Assembly (NCBI GenBank): GCA_964490105.1
Contig: CAZAZU010000001.1
Coordinates: 710,245-774,244 of the forward strand
Reading direction: 5' to 3'
Source: an uncultured Gammaproteobacteria bacterium
GTDB taxonomy: Bacteria; Patescibacteriota; Microgenomatia; Levybacterales; UBA12049
DNA length: 64,000 nt
Part shown: positions 63,903 through 64,000 of the stretch, piece by piece
Layout of the letters: each line of letters starts with the position of its first letter
How positions within the stretch are numbered: position 1 is the first letter of the stretch
Made by a program: the position numbers and the translations under genes
Notes under the pieces: generated by a model
Database searches by the model: none
What the model saw: the letters and a program-made list of their open reading frames with translations, nothing else
Told to the model about the DNA's origin: nothing

Positions 63903-64000
63903 AATTTTGTTTGTGAATTCATTTTATTTGAAAGCGCATGTGAAACAGCAACCGCTAGCGCATCAGAAGTATCGTCTAATTTAGGGATTTTATCAAGCTT
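63899..64000 (-). CDS. ruvC: 3' end of Holliday-junction resolvase RuvC (extends beyond the window)
   Basis: Translation DTSDALAVAVSHAL matches the RuvC C-terminus; ATGA overlap with the ruvA start. Confidence 0.7.
   Translation of the reverse strand, partial: KLDKIPKLDDTSDALAVAVSHALSNKMNSQTKL

Overview
The window has low GC (about 30%) and is densely packed, with many genes overlapping by 1-4 nt. Its gene content looks like a small-genome, Gram-positive-type bacterium, possibly a Candidate Phyla Radiation (CPR)/Patescibacteria lineage; this is inference. Confidently recognisable housekeeping genes are groES-groEL, lepA, murJ, rpsT, pyrF-pyrE, tpiA, uvrD/pcrA, truB, mltG, purH, def, msrA, rpoD-dnaG, purA-purB, yifB/comM and ruvC-ruvA-ruvB, plus one tRNA-Asn(GTT). 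The accessory content is dominated by cell-envelope functions. A roughly 10-kb chain of tightly coupled genes (11775-22009) runs from PilN/PilO-like proteins to an LPXTG-type Thr/Pro-rich surface protein, an FAD oxidoreductase and four large polytopic GT-C-like membrane proteins (one ArnT/PMT-like, one YYY-motif DUF2298); an LCP ligase converges on its 3' end. Other envelope genes are a WecA/TagO-like GT4, a DPPR-synthase-like UbiA enzyme, FemAB, YfhO-like proteins and two class-A beta-lactamase-fold hydrolases. Further notable items are a nickel superoxide dismutase with its SodX maturation protease, an XRE/DUF2975-type small-membrane-protein cluster, an orphan FabD-like acyltransferase, and several short segments whose GC (about 45-52%) is far above background and which encode ORFans or possibly structured RNA (27929-29183, 34976-35251, 38280-38591, 53404-53979). 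I found no CRISPR array, no rRNA and no clear transposase.
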